A stretch of 64,000 bases of DNA from Nitrospirota bacterium (GCA_963703955.1 CAVPGK010000017.1:322858-386857); one strand, 5' to 3'. Shown: positions 20,062-31,644, numbered from the stretch's first letter. Notes: generated by a model not told the origin, from the sequence alone. Numbers and translations are program-made.

Positions 20062-20507
20062 CGTGGTTCATGATATGGGTTGAGTGACGGCCGAGACGTT
20101 TTGATCAAAATCCTTTTGAGATTGAGTGAGACGGAAGAATGTATGACTTCAATGTTATAGACGCCTAATCTCACTCAGTACGCAAAGATCGTCATAAGGC
20201 TCATTACGATAAATTAGATTCGGGACCGCGACCGACCATCTCTACATAGCTCGCTCGATACGCTCCTGGGCAGTTCTACCGGTGACTGTGATCCCTTCCC
20301 CCTACTGAGCCCTCAAGGCAAATCAAAAAACCGGCGGTGAGCATTACTGGCCCTGATCTTCATACCCCTCCGGCAAGAATCGGTTGATGTGGAGGAACGC
20401 CACCTTTCGATCACCCAACGCCGCTTGAACCTGTGCACGAACATGTGATGCATGCCGCTTGCGATCGGTCGCTACCGTACCTGCGGCGGCCCTGACATTG
20501 CAAGGGA

Positions 20508-21960
20508 TTATTGGCTTGTCGAGCGGTAGACAGAAAAGGTGTGCTCGAAGCGAATCGTTCCTTCGCCGTCGACAATGGCCAGGTGCAACGTGAGGTCAGT
20601 CACCGTGACCGTGCCGAAGTTGGAAAAGCCCCCTCGCTGTACAAGGTGGTCGGTTTCAGATCAGGGGTGGGCGGGACCGGTTGGCCATACGCGGCGGAAA
20701 GAGGTCCGCAGATGAACTCATGGAAGTCGGTGACGCCGTCTCCATCCGGATCGTACGCGTTGACCTGCGCGTAATGCACATCCCCCGCTAACCAGATCAC
20801 ATTCCGAATACGACGCTCCAGGATTCTGTTCACGATCACCCCGAGCTCGCTGCGAAATCCCGTGCCGTCCTTGCCACGGGCCCAGCTATCGTTACCGGGA
20901 ACCAGAAGCGTTCCACTTTTCTCATTCGAGAGCGGCACGCTGGTCACGATGACCTTCCACGTCGCTGTTGAGTGAGTCAATCCTTCCAGCAGCCAGTCTC
21001 GCTGCGCTGATCCCAGCATCGTCTTGTGAGGGCCGTCTTTTTCCGCATTGGCGCTCCGATACTGCCGGGTATCGAGCAGGAACACTTCGAGATTTTGGCC
21101 GCGCCGGAACTTCCGATAGAGGCGGAACGGCTCCTCCGGGGGCGTTCTGATCGGCCAATATTCAAGCAGGGCCTGGCGCCCGGCGGCCATCAACGGTTCA
21201 TGGGGGCCGGAGAAATTATTCCGCACCTCATGGTCATCCCACATGGCATAGACGGGAACTGCGGCCAAGAACCGTTGGAGCGAGGGATCCTCTCGCTGAT
21301 AGCGGTGCTTGGCCCGATACCCATCCAGCGAGGAGGCAATAAAATCACTGCCGAACAGATTGGGGGGCGAGGGACACCGATTATCGCCATAGATCAGATC
21401 TCCTAGCAGCACCGCAAACGACGGGGCTCGACGAAGCATGCGATCAAAGATCGCATACCCGGAGGCCGGACGACGACATCGTTCTTGTCCCCCAAGATCG
21501 CCGCTCCAGAGAAAGGTTTGAACCTCGGATCGGTCATCCGGCGGCGCAGTAACAAATCGACCGCTCGCAGATTCGATCGGAAGGAGGTTGCGGACATCAT
21601 CAGCACCTGTGAGGATCCGATACTGGTAGCTGGTCCCGGGAGTCAGTCCTTCTACAGCAACCGTCGCGGTGAAGTCCTGTTCCTTCGCCGTGCGCACAAT
21701 CGTCGATCGAGAGGCTTCGCCACCTTCTCCAACCCATTCGACTTGAGCCGTTGATGGCCCGGCCGTGCGAAACCAGACGGAGGTGGACTGGCTGGTCACA
21801 TCACCTGTCGCGACACCATGGAGAATGACCCTGTCGCCCGGACTCCTTCAGTTGCGAAGGGACTGCCGGGGGGAAGACCTGGTTTGGAAGTGGGCGTGCA
21901 GTGTGTCAGAGCGACGGCAAGAAGAATGATCGAAGGCCACTGACAGATTCGGATTCGCAT
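20508..21960 (-). CDS. phoD: Alkaline phosphatase D, frameshifted near both ends
   Basis: GVATGDVT, LGDLIYGD, MWDDHEV.NN, LDTRQYRS, LAGDVH; C-terminus continues NFGTVTV...* after a G-run indel; leader starts at 21960. Confidence 0.88.
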
Positions 21961-22544
21961 CTGTGGCCTTTTCCTTACCGGAAGGGAAAGGGTTCCGTCA
22001 AGTCGGTGCGATCAGATATATCTCCGTTCTGTGGCACTTGCATCTGTATGATGCGGAAACGAGCGTTTCAGTCCAATCGTGCAATGTCAAACATGACATC
22101 ATGTTTGACTATAAAGTCAAGTGTTGATGTCCTTGGAAGGACATGCCTGTCTCATTCCTCCGAGGGGGCAGTTAACCAGAAAGGCGCCGAGCGGTTGTGC
22201 ATTGATTGCGTGCCGATTTATGCATGGGATCTCCTCGTGCGTCCAGATTTGCTTCAGCTGGCTTATTAGGTCGCGTCCATAATCGGGTGCAGGAGACGAG
22301 GACGCATAGCAAACCCTAATTCCAGGACTCCGTGCACATATACACGTTCTGGATCCACGGAGACTGTCGCCGTATGACCGCAGCGTGGCCGTTCCAACAG
22401 GTCACCCGGCAGGATGCTCGTGACGGTCCATGGCCGCTCGCTTGTCAGAAAGGAGAACGCTATGATAAGAGGACTAGAGAGAAGTAGTGAATTGCGAATC
22501 TTTTCCAATGCTAAGGCTGTTCCCCTTCGCGTCTTGAGGGAAAA

Positions 22545-23111
22545 GTGAAGTGGCCCGCTAGGCTTACTCGTAGTTCCTACACTGCCTTCCTAACTCTGTC
22601 GATGGCGGCATGTGCCAACCCGATGTTCCCTTCTGCCGCAATCAAGGATCTGGACCCCAATGTGCAAATGGGAATCTTTGACTCAGAAGCCGACGTCTAC
22701 TTCAAAGGCCATTTGGCTCAGGTAGGCGGACGGATCCTTGCTGTTGAACAGGTGAAAGATTTTGAAATGGCGCACGAAGGAATGTTAGTGAAGGCGGCTG
22801 AGTTGCCGCTCAACGAGGAACGGACGGGCGTTATCGAGGACGGCAAATCAGGGGGCTGGTTTTTCTTTTCGTATCGTGGCCAGATAGACCCGACGGGGCT
22901 CCAGCATGGAAATAAGTTTATCCTGCTTGGGTTTATGGAAGGAAACCAAAGAATTGCCGTCCAGGGGGTTGAACGGGATGCTCCCTATTTGATTGCCCGG
23001 TGCCTGTATGTCTGGGAAACCGGCCGCTATCGTATCGTGGAATTCCCCAATTTGCCTGACGGATATCAGCCATTGAAACGGCAAACGTACTGTCTGCCGT
23101 CGTTCAGATAA
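22545..23111 (+). CDS. Slp-family outer-membrane lipoprotein (copy 1)
   Basis: Lipobox MAAC; GGRI, ELPL, PYL.A...YVW pattern. Confidence 0.75.
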   Translation: MKWPARLTRSSYTAFLTLSMAACANPMFPSAAIKDLDPNVQMGIFDSEADVYFKGHLAQVGGRILAVEQVKDFEMAHEGMLVKAAELPLNEERTGVIEDGKSGGWFFFSYRGQIDPTGLQHGNKFILLGFMEGNQRIAVQGVERDAPYLIARCLYVWETGRYRIVEFPNLPDGYQPLKRQTYCLPSFR

Positions 23112-23141
23112 CGCAACACAGGAGATGTATTTGATCGGTGT

Positions 23142-25340
23142 TTATGCTCGCCTGACGCTGCGCGAAGTGGATACGGGTCCTGTGACCCGCGGGATCGCCG
23201 TCTGCTCGATCCTTACCTGCTTCCACCGGTTCAAAAACCATTCCTGAGAATCAATGGCTGGGCCGTCAGGCGGGGTTTGCACGCGTTCATAAGTTCCATC
23301 TGAGCGCAGACGCCTCGCGCGCACGTTATCTTGCAATGCGATGCCTAAAATGTCGTTGATGATCAGTTCGCGCCATCGCGCATGCTGCACGGGAAAGAGC
23401 ACTTCAACCCGGCGGTCAAGGTTACGCGGCATGAGATCGGCGCTTCCCAGCAAGACCTCCTCCTGCCCGCCATTGCGAAAGTAGTAAACCCGCGCATGTT
23501 CCAAGAAACGGCCCACGATGGACGTGACGGTGATCGTCTCGCTCACCCCGGGCACACCTGGGCGCAAACAGCAGATCCCACGGATCTGCAGATCGATTCT
23601 GACGCCCGCTTGCGAAGCCCGATACAAAGCCTGAATACAGGGCTTATCGACCAAGGCGTTCATTTTGAAAGACAAATATCCATCACCCTGTTGACGGTGG
23701 CAGTCAATTTCGCGCTCAATGCGACTCAGAATTTGCTGACGCAATGCGACAGGAGCCACCAGCAATTTGCGATAGGCGCTGTGGCGTGAGTACCCTGTCA
23801 GCGCATTGAATAAGTCTGAAACATCGGCGCCGACCGCGGAGTCGCAAGTAAAATAACTTAAGTCGGTATAGATTCGACTCGTGATCACGTTGTAATTGCC
23901 GGTGCCGAGATGGATGTAGCGACGGATGCCGTCAGGGTCTCGCCGGACGACCAGACAGACTTTCGCATGAGTTTTCAGTCCCAAGACTCCATACACCACA
24001 TGCACTCCCTCATCTTCAAGCGCTCGGGCCCATGCGATGTTGTTTTCTTCATCAAAGCGGGCCTTGAGCTCGACCACCACAGCCACCTGCTTGCCGTTGA
24101 CGCGCGCTTCCATTAAGGCATCGACGATGGGAGATTTCGGGTTGACCCGATACAGCGTCTGTTTGATCGCAAGGACGTTCGGATCATTCGCAGCCTCACG
24201 CACGAAGTCGACGACCGGTATGAAGCTGTCGTACGGATGATACAGCAGATGGTCTTCCTGCCGGATGGCGTCGAACAGACCGCGTGGCGTGCTGAGCTGA
24301 TCCGGAACGGTGGGCTGAAAAGGAGGATCTTTCAGATCCGGACGATCTATCCGGGTTAGTTCCATGACGCTGGCTATTCCGATCGCTCCATCGATCGTGT
24401 AGACCTGGTGCGGAGCCAAATTCAAGTTCCGCGCGAGGATCGCCCGCAGATAGTCAGGCATGGTGCCATCGACCTCCAGGCGAACCGTCGATCCGAAGTG
24501 ACGCAAATCGACCTGCTCCTCCACGGCTGTGATGAGATCCGATGCTTCGTCTTCTTCAATGGCGAGGTCAGCATCTCGCGTCACCCGAAAGGGATGGGAT
24601 GCGATGACGTCCACTCCGGGAAAGAGTCGTTCCAAATTCGCTGCGACGATCTCTTCGCACCAGACAAAACGCTGAATCCTACGACCCGTTATCCCCTGTC
24701 GGTCCTCGACCCCATTTTCGTCATCGGGAACCGGAATAAGACGTGGAAAGCTATCAGGCAACTTGACCCGGGCGAAGCAATCCCCCCGCTGGCAATCTTT
24801 CACGATCACCGCCAAATTGAAGCTCAGATTGGAAATATGTGGAAACGGATGGGCAGGATCGAAAGCCATCGGGGTCAATGTCGGAAACATTTCTTGCAGG
24901 AAGTACGGGCGCAGGCGATCCCGCTGGGATTGCTCCAAATCGGCATAGTGCAGAATATGGATGCCGGCATCGCGCAACTTGGGCAGCACATCCTGACTCC
25001 AGCAGGCACTGTGGCGGGCCAGTTGAGCGGTCAGCTCTTGGCGGATCGCCAACACCTGATCAGACGGCGTCATGCCGTCGGGCGGTGCTTCGCCGCTTCC
25101 GCCGGCGACTTGGCGGCTCAGGCCGGATACGCGGATCATGAAGAATTCATCGAGGTTCGTGGCGAAGATGGCGAGGAATTTGACCCGTTCCAATAGCGGG
25201 TGCCGCTGATCCTCGGCTTCCTCTAGGACACGGAGGTTGAACTGTAACCAACTGAGTTCCCGATTCAGGAACAGATGCCGACTATCGAGATCCGCCACGG
25301 GCTCAGCTACCGGCTTGAGAGGCTCTCCTGAAACGATCAC
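23142..25340 (-). CDS. ppk1: Polyphosphate kinase 1
   Basis: NRELSWLQFN.RVL, NLDEFFMIRV, HPFP, HPYDSF, IKQTLYR, ARFDEENNI, KTHAK, GTGNYN, GRFLEH, SADLMPRNL. Confidence 0.97.
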   Translation of the reverse strand: MIVSGEPLKPVAEPVADLDSRHLFLNRELSWLQFNLRVLEEAEDQRHPLLERVKFLAIFATNLDEFFMIRVSGLSRQVAGGSGEAPPDGMTPSDQVLAIRQELTAQLARHSACWSQDVLPKLRDAGIHILHYADLEQSQRDRLRPYFLQEMFPTLTPMAFDPAHPFPHISNLSFNLAVIVKDCQRGDCFARVKLPDSFPRLIPVPDDENGVEDRQGITGRRIQRFVWCEEIVAANLERLFPGVDVIASHPFRVTRDADLAIEEDEASDLITAVEEQVDLRHFGSTVRLEVDGTMPDYLRAILARNLNLAPHQVYTIDGAIGIASVMELTRIDRPDLKDPPFQPTVPDQLSTPRGLFDAIRQEDHLLYHPYDSFIPVVDFVREAANDPNVLAIKQTLYRVNPKSPIVDALMEARVNGKQVAVVVELKARFDEENNIAWARALEDEGVHVVYGVLGLKTHAKVCLVVRRDPDGIRRYIHLGTGNYNVITSRIYTDLSYFTCDSAVGADVSDLFNALTGYSRHSAYRKLLVAPVALRQQILSRIEREIDCHRQQGDGYLSFKMNALVDKPCIQALYRASQAGVRIDLQIRGICCLRPGVPGVSETITVTSIVGRFLEHARVYYFRNGGQEEVLLGSADLMPRNLDRRVEVLFPVQHARWRELIINDILGIALQDNVRARRLRSDGTYERVQTPPDGPAIDSQEWFLNRWKQVRIEQTAIPRVTGPVSTSRSVRRA

Positions 25341-25356
25341 GTGTGGTCCTCCGCCT

Positions 25357-26412
25357 TCAACCCAACCAGCCCTTCCTCTTGAAATACCAATAGGGTGCGA
25401 TGCTGGCGATGACCATGAGAAGAAGCGCCAGCGGATAGCCGAAGGTCCACTTTAGTTCCGGCATAAAGTCAAAGTTCATGCCGTAGATGCTGGCGACCAG
25501 CGTCGGCGGCAGGAACACGACGGCGGCGATGGAGAAAATCTTGATGATCTTATTTTGCCCCAGTGTGATCATGCCGAGCAAGGCATCCATCAAGAAGTTG
25601 ATCTTATCGAACAGGAACGCCGTATGTCCGTTTAACGACTCCATGTCGCGGAGGATTTCCCGCACATCCTGGGTCTGAGCCGGTGACAACGTTCGAGTCC
25701 GCAGCAAAAACGACAGCGCGCGCCGGTTGTCCATTAAATCCAGTCGGACCTTTCCATTGAGGTCCTCTTGGCCGGCAATGCGCTCCAGGTTCTGTCGCAT
25801 CACCTGGTCCGTGATGTCTTCATCCCTGTTCAAGACCAAGGTGCTCACCTCATCCAGGATTCTATAGATCTCTTCCAAGACATCGGCATCCTGCTCCGCG
25901 GCCAGCGTGTAACACCACAGCACAATATCGACGGCATCGTCAACCATCCCGGTCATCGCACGGGATCTCATCCTGAACAGCCGCAAGACGGCCAAATCTT
26001 CATCGTGGATCGTGAGAAGGCGTCCTTCGTGAAGCGTGAATGAGAGCGTGACGTTGGACGCGGCTTCCGCACTACTTTGCAAGAATGTGGACTGCAGATG
26101 AATGCCCCATTCGTCTTGATAATAGCGCGCGCTGGCTTCCAGATCCTTCAATTCGTCATCGTCCGGCAACTCCAACCGAAATACAGACTGGACGAGCGTC
26201 CGCTCCTCTTCCGTGGGCAACTCAAGGTCGATCCAAATGGTGTCCTTTCGCGTCAAATCGTCTTGAGAATCCACGCGGATTTGCATCAGCCTTCCGTCGT
26301 TCAATGTAAACGCGGTCAACATCATCACTCCATGGCTGTCAGATGCACCTAGCCACGACGTCGCGAATGAATAATCACGTTTAGACAGGATTGCGCCTGC
26401 CTCGTCTCTCAT
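25357..26412 (-). CDS. corA: Magnesium/cobalt transporter CorA
   Basis: IWIDL..PT.EE, QNKIIKIFS, PPTLVASIYGMNF..MPEL.W.FGYP. Confidence 0.96.
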   Translation of the reverse strand: MRDEAGAILSKRDYSFATSWLGASDSHGVMMLTAFTLNDGRLMQIRVDSQDDLTRKDTIWIDLELPTEEERTLVQSVFRLELPDDDELKDLEASARYYQDEWGIHLQSTFLQSSAEAASNVTLSFTLHEGRLLTIHDEDLAVLRLFRMRSRAMTGMVDDAVDIVLWCYTLAAEQDADVLEEIYRILDEVSTLVLNRDEDITDQVMRQNLERIAGQEDLNGKVRLDLMDNRRALSFLLRTRTLSPAQTQDVREILRDMESLNGHTAFLFDKINFLMDALLGMITLGQNKIIKIFSIAAVVFLPPTLVASIYGMNFDFMPELKWTFGYPLALLLMVIASIAPYWYFKRKGWLG

Positions 26413-26591
26413 TGCTGTTCAGCAGCCTAAGCGGCGCGAGTCTGATTCCTGCGAGGTTATGGTGGCGTTACATCTCTGTTCCCCCAGGTGCGTCCAGAGA
26501 AAAGCAAGAGAACAGTATCATATGCACCTTTCGGTTGAGATAGCGCATCATACTCCTTTATAGTGCGTATCCCTGCCGTTTGATCTGCATG

Positions 26592-26623
26592 TTAACACGC
26601 CTGTAACATGCCTCCTGTATAAA
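26592..26623 (+). promoter_or_regulatory. Pho-box-like repeat plus -10 (pit)
   Basis: TTAACA 26592, GTAACA 26603, TATAAA 26618. Confidence 0.65.
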
Positions 26624-26683
26624 GGAAGCTTTGCAGCGGCATGTGATCGGCACCTTTCCATTGTATCTATTCTAAGAGGAAAC

Positions 26684-28273
26684 ATGAATCAGGACCACGT
26701 ACTCACACCTCGCATGATTTCAAACGGCACCCGCACATCCTTCTCGATGCTCTTTATTCTCGTGTTGAGCATCGGAATCCTGTACGCCGGCAGTGAACTC
26801 CTGAAAGATCTGGCTAACGTGCGTCTCACTTCAACGTGGCCGTATGTCCTTCTGGGAGTGGCGCTCCTCATTGCGCTCGGATTTGAATTTGTGAATGGCT
26901 TTCACGATACGGCGAACGCGGTTGCGACCGTCATCTACACCAATTCATTGAAGCCCTATCCCGCCGTCATCTGGTCAGGCGTCTGGAACCTGATTGGTGT
27001 GTTGGTCTCCACCGGAGCCGTCGCTTTTGGAATTATCGCCCTGCTTCCCGTGGAACTGATTCTCCAGGTGGGCAGCCGTGCGGGCTTTGCCATGGTCTTT
27101 GCATTGCTCTTCGCAGCCATCATTTGGAATCTCGGCACCTGGTACCTCGGTTTGCCCTCGTCAAGCTCCCACACGCTGATCGGATCGATCGTTGGGGTGG
27201 GGTTGATGAACCAGATCCTGCAGGGGGACGCCAACACCAGTGGCGTCGACTGGAGTCAAACGGCGAAAGTGGGGTATTCTCTCCTGCTCTCACCATTGAT
27301 TGGGTTTGGTTGCGCCGCGCTGCTGTTGCTGGTTGCCAAGATCATTCTCACAAACCCTTCCCTTTATCAAACACCGAAGAACGACGAGCCCCCACCGCTC
27401 TGGATCCGCGGACTGCTTATCCTGACATGCACGGGTGTGAGTTTTGCCCATGGCTCCAACGACGGCCAAAAGGGTATGGGCCTCATCATGTTGATCCTCA
27501 TCGGCACGGTGCCGACGGCCTACGCGCTCAACCGTGCAATGCCGCCTTCCCTAACGGAGAGTTTTGTGACGATCTCCCGCGACGCTTCCCAGGTACTTGG
27601 CAAGCATGTAGACGGCACGGAGTCAAAGACACTCAACCCACGTCAGGAGGTGGGACAGTTCCTGAAAACCCGTCGCCCGAGCCAGACGACAATGGGCAGT
27701 CTGAGCATGCTCACCGAGGAAATTTCTCAAGAGGTTTCTCGTTACGGTTCATATGCCAAGATGCCCGACGACCTGGTAGGTAATATTCGAAACGACATGT
27801 ACATGGTTTCCGAATCGCTCCGACACCTAGCCAAACTTAGTACCCCGGCGTTCAGCGTACAAGAGAAAGACGTCCTGAAGCGGTATAAATCCGAGCTTGA
27901 TCATGCGACCAAATACATCCCGGCATGGGTCAAGGTTGCCGTTGCGATCGCACTGGGGTTAGGCACGATGGTTGGCTGGAAGCGTATAGTCGTGACCGTG
28001 GGTGAACGAATCGGCAAGACCCATTTGACCTATGCCCAAGGCGCGTCCGCCGAATCGGTCGCGATGGCCACCATTAGCGCGGCGGATGCGTTCGGTCTTC
28101 CGGTCAGTACAACCCAGGTCTTGTCGTCGGGGGTAGCTGGGACCATGGCCGCGAACCGGTCCGGCCTCCAGTGGAGTACGGTTCGCAACATCCTCATGGC
28201 GTGGGTGTTGACGTTGCCCATGTCCATTGCGCTGGCGGGGGGACTCTATTGGTTCTTTCGACTCATGTTGTGA
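26684..28273 (+). CDS. pitA: Inorganic phosphate transporter, PiT family
   Basis: NGFHDTANAVAT, PSSSSH, HGSNDGQKGMG, PVSTT motifs. Confidence 0.95.
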   Translation: MNQDHVLTPRMISNGTRTSFSMLFILVLSIGILYAGSELLKDLANVRLTSTWPYVLLGVALLIALGFEFVNGFHDTANAVATVIYTNSLKPYPAVIWSGVWNLIGVLVSTGAVAFGIIALLPVELILQVGSRAGFAMVFALLFAAIIWNLGTWYLGLPSSSSHTLIGSIVGVGLMNQILQGDANTSGVDWSQTAKVGYSLLLSPLIGFGCAALLLLVAKIILTNPSLYQTPKNDEPPPLWIRGLLILTCTGVSFAHGSNDGQKGMGLIMLILIGTVPTAYALNRAMPPSLTESFVTISRDASQVLGKHVDGTESKTLNPRQEVGQFLKTRRPSQTTMGSLSMLTEEISQEVSRYGSYAKMPDDLVGNIRNDMYMVSESLRHLAKLSTPAFSVQEKDVLKRYKSELDHATKYIPAWVKVAVAIALGLGTMVGWKRIVVTVGERIGKTHLTYAQGASAESVAMATISAADAFGLPVSTTQVLSSGVAGTMAANRSGLQWSTVRNILMAWVLTLPMSIALAGGLYWFFRLML

Positions 28274-28760
28274 CGCCGAAATTGATCACTATCTCTATCG
28301 ATTGAGCCCATCTCTCAGGACGATCCCAAGACGAACGGCCGGTGGCGTTGAAGGCGACGACACCGATAATGACGCTTTAAGAATCGGAACAGATACCGGC
28401 ATGTATCCGCAAGTCCACGATATGTGCCGGGGACTGGCCTTCTTTAAATGCGTTATCGATCCTTTGATTGTCTTCCCAGTTGGGTGTCCAGACGCGGTCC
28501 TGCCAGAGTGGTGCAAACATCCGACACACTGCTGCTGCCGCGATGAGCCCCACGTCTCCCCGGAACTAAATCATAACGAATTTGTCGGTAATTTACGCAT
28601 CCTTAACAGCCCAATTAGAAGACGATAATACTTCATTCCTATACTCATGGCCGGTTTATTGCCCCTAAGTGAACCATGCGCTGAAACATGGCTCAGGCCC
28701 TGGAAAGCGTTCAGCTCAGTCGGTTCAAGAGCTTCGTTTCGAGGGTCAAAGCATTCATTC

Positions 28761-29078
28761 ATGAAACAATCAAAAATTGTCGTCGGACCGCTGGTGATTG
28801 ATAGACTACGCCGGTTGGTCCAGGTAGGAGGTCGCTCCATTCACCTAACGCCTAAAGAATTTGCTTTGCTGGTTGCCTTATCAACCCAGCCAGGGAAGCT
28901 CTACCGACGTGAGGAACTGTTACGCAGGGTCTGGGGGGAAGGAGTCTTTGTGGACGTGCGAACCGTAGACGTTCATATGTCAAAGTTGCGGCACAAACTG
29001 CGGAAGAACAAAGACGAGCCCATTCTAGCAGAAACAGTCTGGGGTATTGGTTATCGCCTGCGAGATTCTTCCACTTGA
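28761..29078 (+). CDS. Stand-alone OmpR/PhoB-type winged-helix DNA-binding protein (no receiver domain)
   Basis: LTPKEFALL, REELLRRVWG, RTVDVHMSKLRHKL, TVWGIGYR. Confidence 0.85.
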   Translation: MKQSKIVVGPLVIDRLRRLVQVGGRSIHLTPKEFALLVALSTQPGKLYRREELLRRVWGEGVFVDVRTVDVHMSKLRHKLRKNKDEPILAETVWGIGYRLRDSST

Positions 29079-29306
29079 ATTCTTCCACTGAACTTGCCTC
29101 ATCACTTGCGCGGCGGCCCTCCAGACGATGTGCTGAATTAATCCACCAAGCCATCCTTAAACGAGCTATCGGAGCCAGTCGTCATTACTCCCTTGAGCTT
29201 TGATTGCGGTCGTCTGTGACGTCGACGGGTCCGCTCATTCCCTCATGAATGTCCCGTTCGAACGTTTTTGCTAGAAGGTTGCTCACTCGCCGGCATCTTC
29301 ACAAAT

Positions 29307-29360
29307 TTAACGACTTCATAACAAGAACCTCAAAATGCCGTTACAGGAATACCCTATATC
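29307..29360 (+). promoter_or_regulatory. Pho-box-like array plus -10 (porin)
   Basis: TTAACG 29307, ATAACA 29318, CTCAAA 29329, GTTACA 29340, TATATC 29355. Confidence 0.65.
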
Positions 29361-29452
29361 AGGACGCGGACTGTGCCTCCCCAATGCTATGGCCAACGAT
29401 CCCAAGAGCTCTAACCCAGCAATAAACCTGCTCCGCGAAGAGGAGGTGTTCC

Positions 29453-30928
29453 ATGCAGAGGCGTGTGATCGTCCTAGCACTATCCATGCTGATCTTGGTA
29501 TTTGCGCTCTTTCTCAGTACACAGGCCGCAGCAGTCGAACCTACCCAGGAAAGCCAAGCGCCGGTAGGGGCGGTTCAAGGGCCAGAGCCAGCTTCGCCAT
29601 CTGCCCCAATGATGCAGGGTCCCCTGCCACCTGCGCCACCTACGCCGGTTGCAGACCCGAATGCGAATCTTGAGAAGCGCCTCAGTATCGTTGAGGAGTG
29701 GAAAGCCAAGATCGAGAAGTTACCATCGCTGAGCGGTAAGTTCAACGCCGGGATGAACGCCTTGCAGATCTTGTATACGCATCAATACGCGGACGTGCCT
29801 GAAGGTAAGAGCCAAGACAACATCTCAGTTCGGCGGTCAGAGATCCTGTTTTATGGCAAGATCAATGAATATATACCAAAATGGCACGCTCTGTTCGAAT
29901 TTCAGTCCATCAGTTTGACAGCCAACACACCAGGTTGCAATCCAGGGACTAATTGTACTGACCGAGTAACGAATCCTTTTGGATTGCCCACCTCCGCTAC
30001 CTACTTCCGCGAGTCGTACATCGATTTCAGACCGTTTCCGGATTTCGCGCCGACTCTCAACTTCATTCGGATGGGGATTTTCCGCATGCCCTGGGGCATT
30101 TTCACAGAAACTTCCGGCGGTCTCCGAGATGTGATCAGCTCCCCATATCTGACTTCGGTCGGCAGCGGCGCATTCACGAGAAATGGCACCGGCGGCACGA
30201 TCGAGTTCCTTCATGAGCGTGACTATTTTGCCGATGTAAGAGGAACGCTCTTCAATCGATTGGAGTATGTCGGCGGGATCGAGGACAACAATAATTTCCA
30301 AGGCAATGCCGTGGGGGCGAATGGACCAAAGGTGGGCTACGGACGCCTCCGTTTCCTAACGACAGACATCTCTTGGGTCAGCTTTACGATCCTGGCCGGG
30401 GAAAGTAACAACACCGGAACTCAGATCAACGGCCGCGGCAAGGGAGCGTTTGACCGGTATGGAGCCGACTTCCGGTACACCTCTCGATTCCTTCCAGGTC
30501 TCATGGTGCAAGGTGAGTACTGGCAAGGGCACGATGGCGCTAACCAGACCCTTGTTGGCACCCCGGCCCAGGGAGCCTGTCAAGTCCAATCTATCTGCGG
30601 CGGATCCGGCGCCCCCGGCGTTCAACGGCGAACCTGGTACGTCCTTGCCAAGTATTTGCTCACCGATGGATTCCTACGCAATTGGGAGCCAACCGTCATG
30701 TATGAACAGTTTGATCCCGCTACGAGCGTAACCAACGATCTGTTCACGCGCTTAATCCTGGGAGTGACGTATTACTTCGAGAACCTGCCACCGAAAATCC
30801 AGAGCAAAGTGCAGTTCAACTATGAATTTCGCCATCATCAAGGGACCGGTCCCGGAACCAGCGTCCCCAGTACTGATGCCTTCGCGCAGAATGTTATCTT
30901 GTTTCAGTGGCAGGTCCGCTACCAGTAG
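29453..30928 (+). CDS. Outer-membrane porin, probably phosphate-selective (OprO/P-like)
   Basis: Signal peptide, Pro-rich linker, short coil, VRRSEI...G, GIFRMPWG, amphipathic beta strands, C-terminal FQWQVRYQ; phosphate context. Confidence 0.7.
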   Translation: MQRRVIVLALSMLILVFALFLSTQAAAVEPTQESQAPVGAVQGPEPASPSAPMMQGPLPPAPPTPVADPNANLEKRLSIVEEWKAKIEKLPSLSGKFNAGMNALQILYTHQYADVPEGKSQDNISVRRSEILFYGKINEYIPKWHALFEFQSISLTANTPGCNPGTNCTDRVTNPFGLPTSATYFRESYIDFRPFPDFAPTLNFIRMGIFRMPWGIFTETSGGLRDVISSPYLTSVGSGAFTRNGTGGTIEFLHERDYFADVRGTLFNRLEYVGGIEDNNNFQGNAVGANGPKVGYGRLRFLTTDISWVSFTILAGESNNTGTQINGRGKGAFDRYGADFRYTSRFLPGLMVQGEYWQGHDGANQTLVGTPAQGACQVQSICGGSGAPGVQRRTWYVLAKYLLTDGFLRNWEPTVMYEQFDPATSVTNDLFTRLILGVTYYFENLPPKIQSKVQFNYEFRHHQGTGPGTSVPSTDAFAQNVILFQWQVRYQ

Positions 30929-31139
30929 TCTATGCAGATTACCTGCGCCGGCCGGACCATCCGACTATCAATGGGTTACAGGTGGCGCACGTAGGGATGA
31001 AGATGGTCCAGGACCGTCCATGCCTGAAAATTCCATTGGAGTGGGTTGGGAAGGCACAGATCTGTGGCGCACCGAAGCCAAACTATTTATAATGTCTTCT
31101 TGTGCCTTATCCGGACGACGGAAGGGCGTGAGGAGACAC

Positions 31140-31532
31140 ATGTCAACCGTTAGAGTCTGTAGTGAAGCCGTAGGTTTTAACGACGGTCTAGCTTTTGACG
31201 CATGTTTGAGAACATCGTGTCCGCTGGCAGTGTTGATCTTCTCGTTAGCTTTCGCAGGCTGTGCCCCACATGCTAGGATCGTGAACGAGACTCCTACAGG
31301 GGGAACGGTTATCTATACGTATGTCAAGGAACAAGATGTTGTGAGCTCGCCGAGCCGGAAAGACGCGCTTCGCCTGCTTGATGAAAAGTGCCCAAGCGGT
31401 TACCGCGTGTCTCGCGAAGGCAGGTCTCCTAGCGTCACGCAAGCGATCGACAACGCATGGAAAGGGCAAGTGTCTAGGGATGGCCAAGTGTCTTTGGAGA
31501 ACCACTGGGCTATCCAGTTTTCATGCAAGTAG
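31140..31532 (+). CDS. Hypothetical lipoprotein
   Basis: AGGAG RBS; lipobox FAGC; Cys pair (CPSGY...FSCK). Confidence 0.65.
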   Translation: MSTVRVCSEAVGFNDGLAFDACLRTSCPLAVLIFSLAFAGCAPHARIVNETPTGGTVIYTYVKEQDVVSSPSRKDALRLLDEKCPSGYRVSREGRSPSVTQAIDNAWKGQVSRDGQVSLENHWAIQFSCK

Positions 31533-31644
31533 ACGCGGAAGATCTCGCACAATCTAGAGTGGTTATATTACCTCTCAGAGGCATTGATCATTACGTGAGA
31601 ATCTTGCAACCGAACGTTCCTCGACCTTTTCCTTTTTCACCCTC

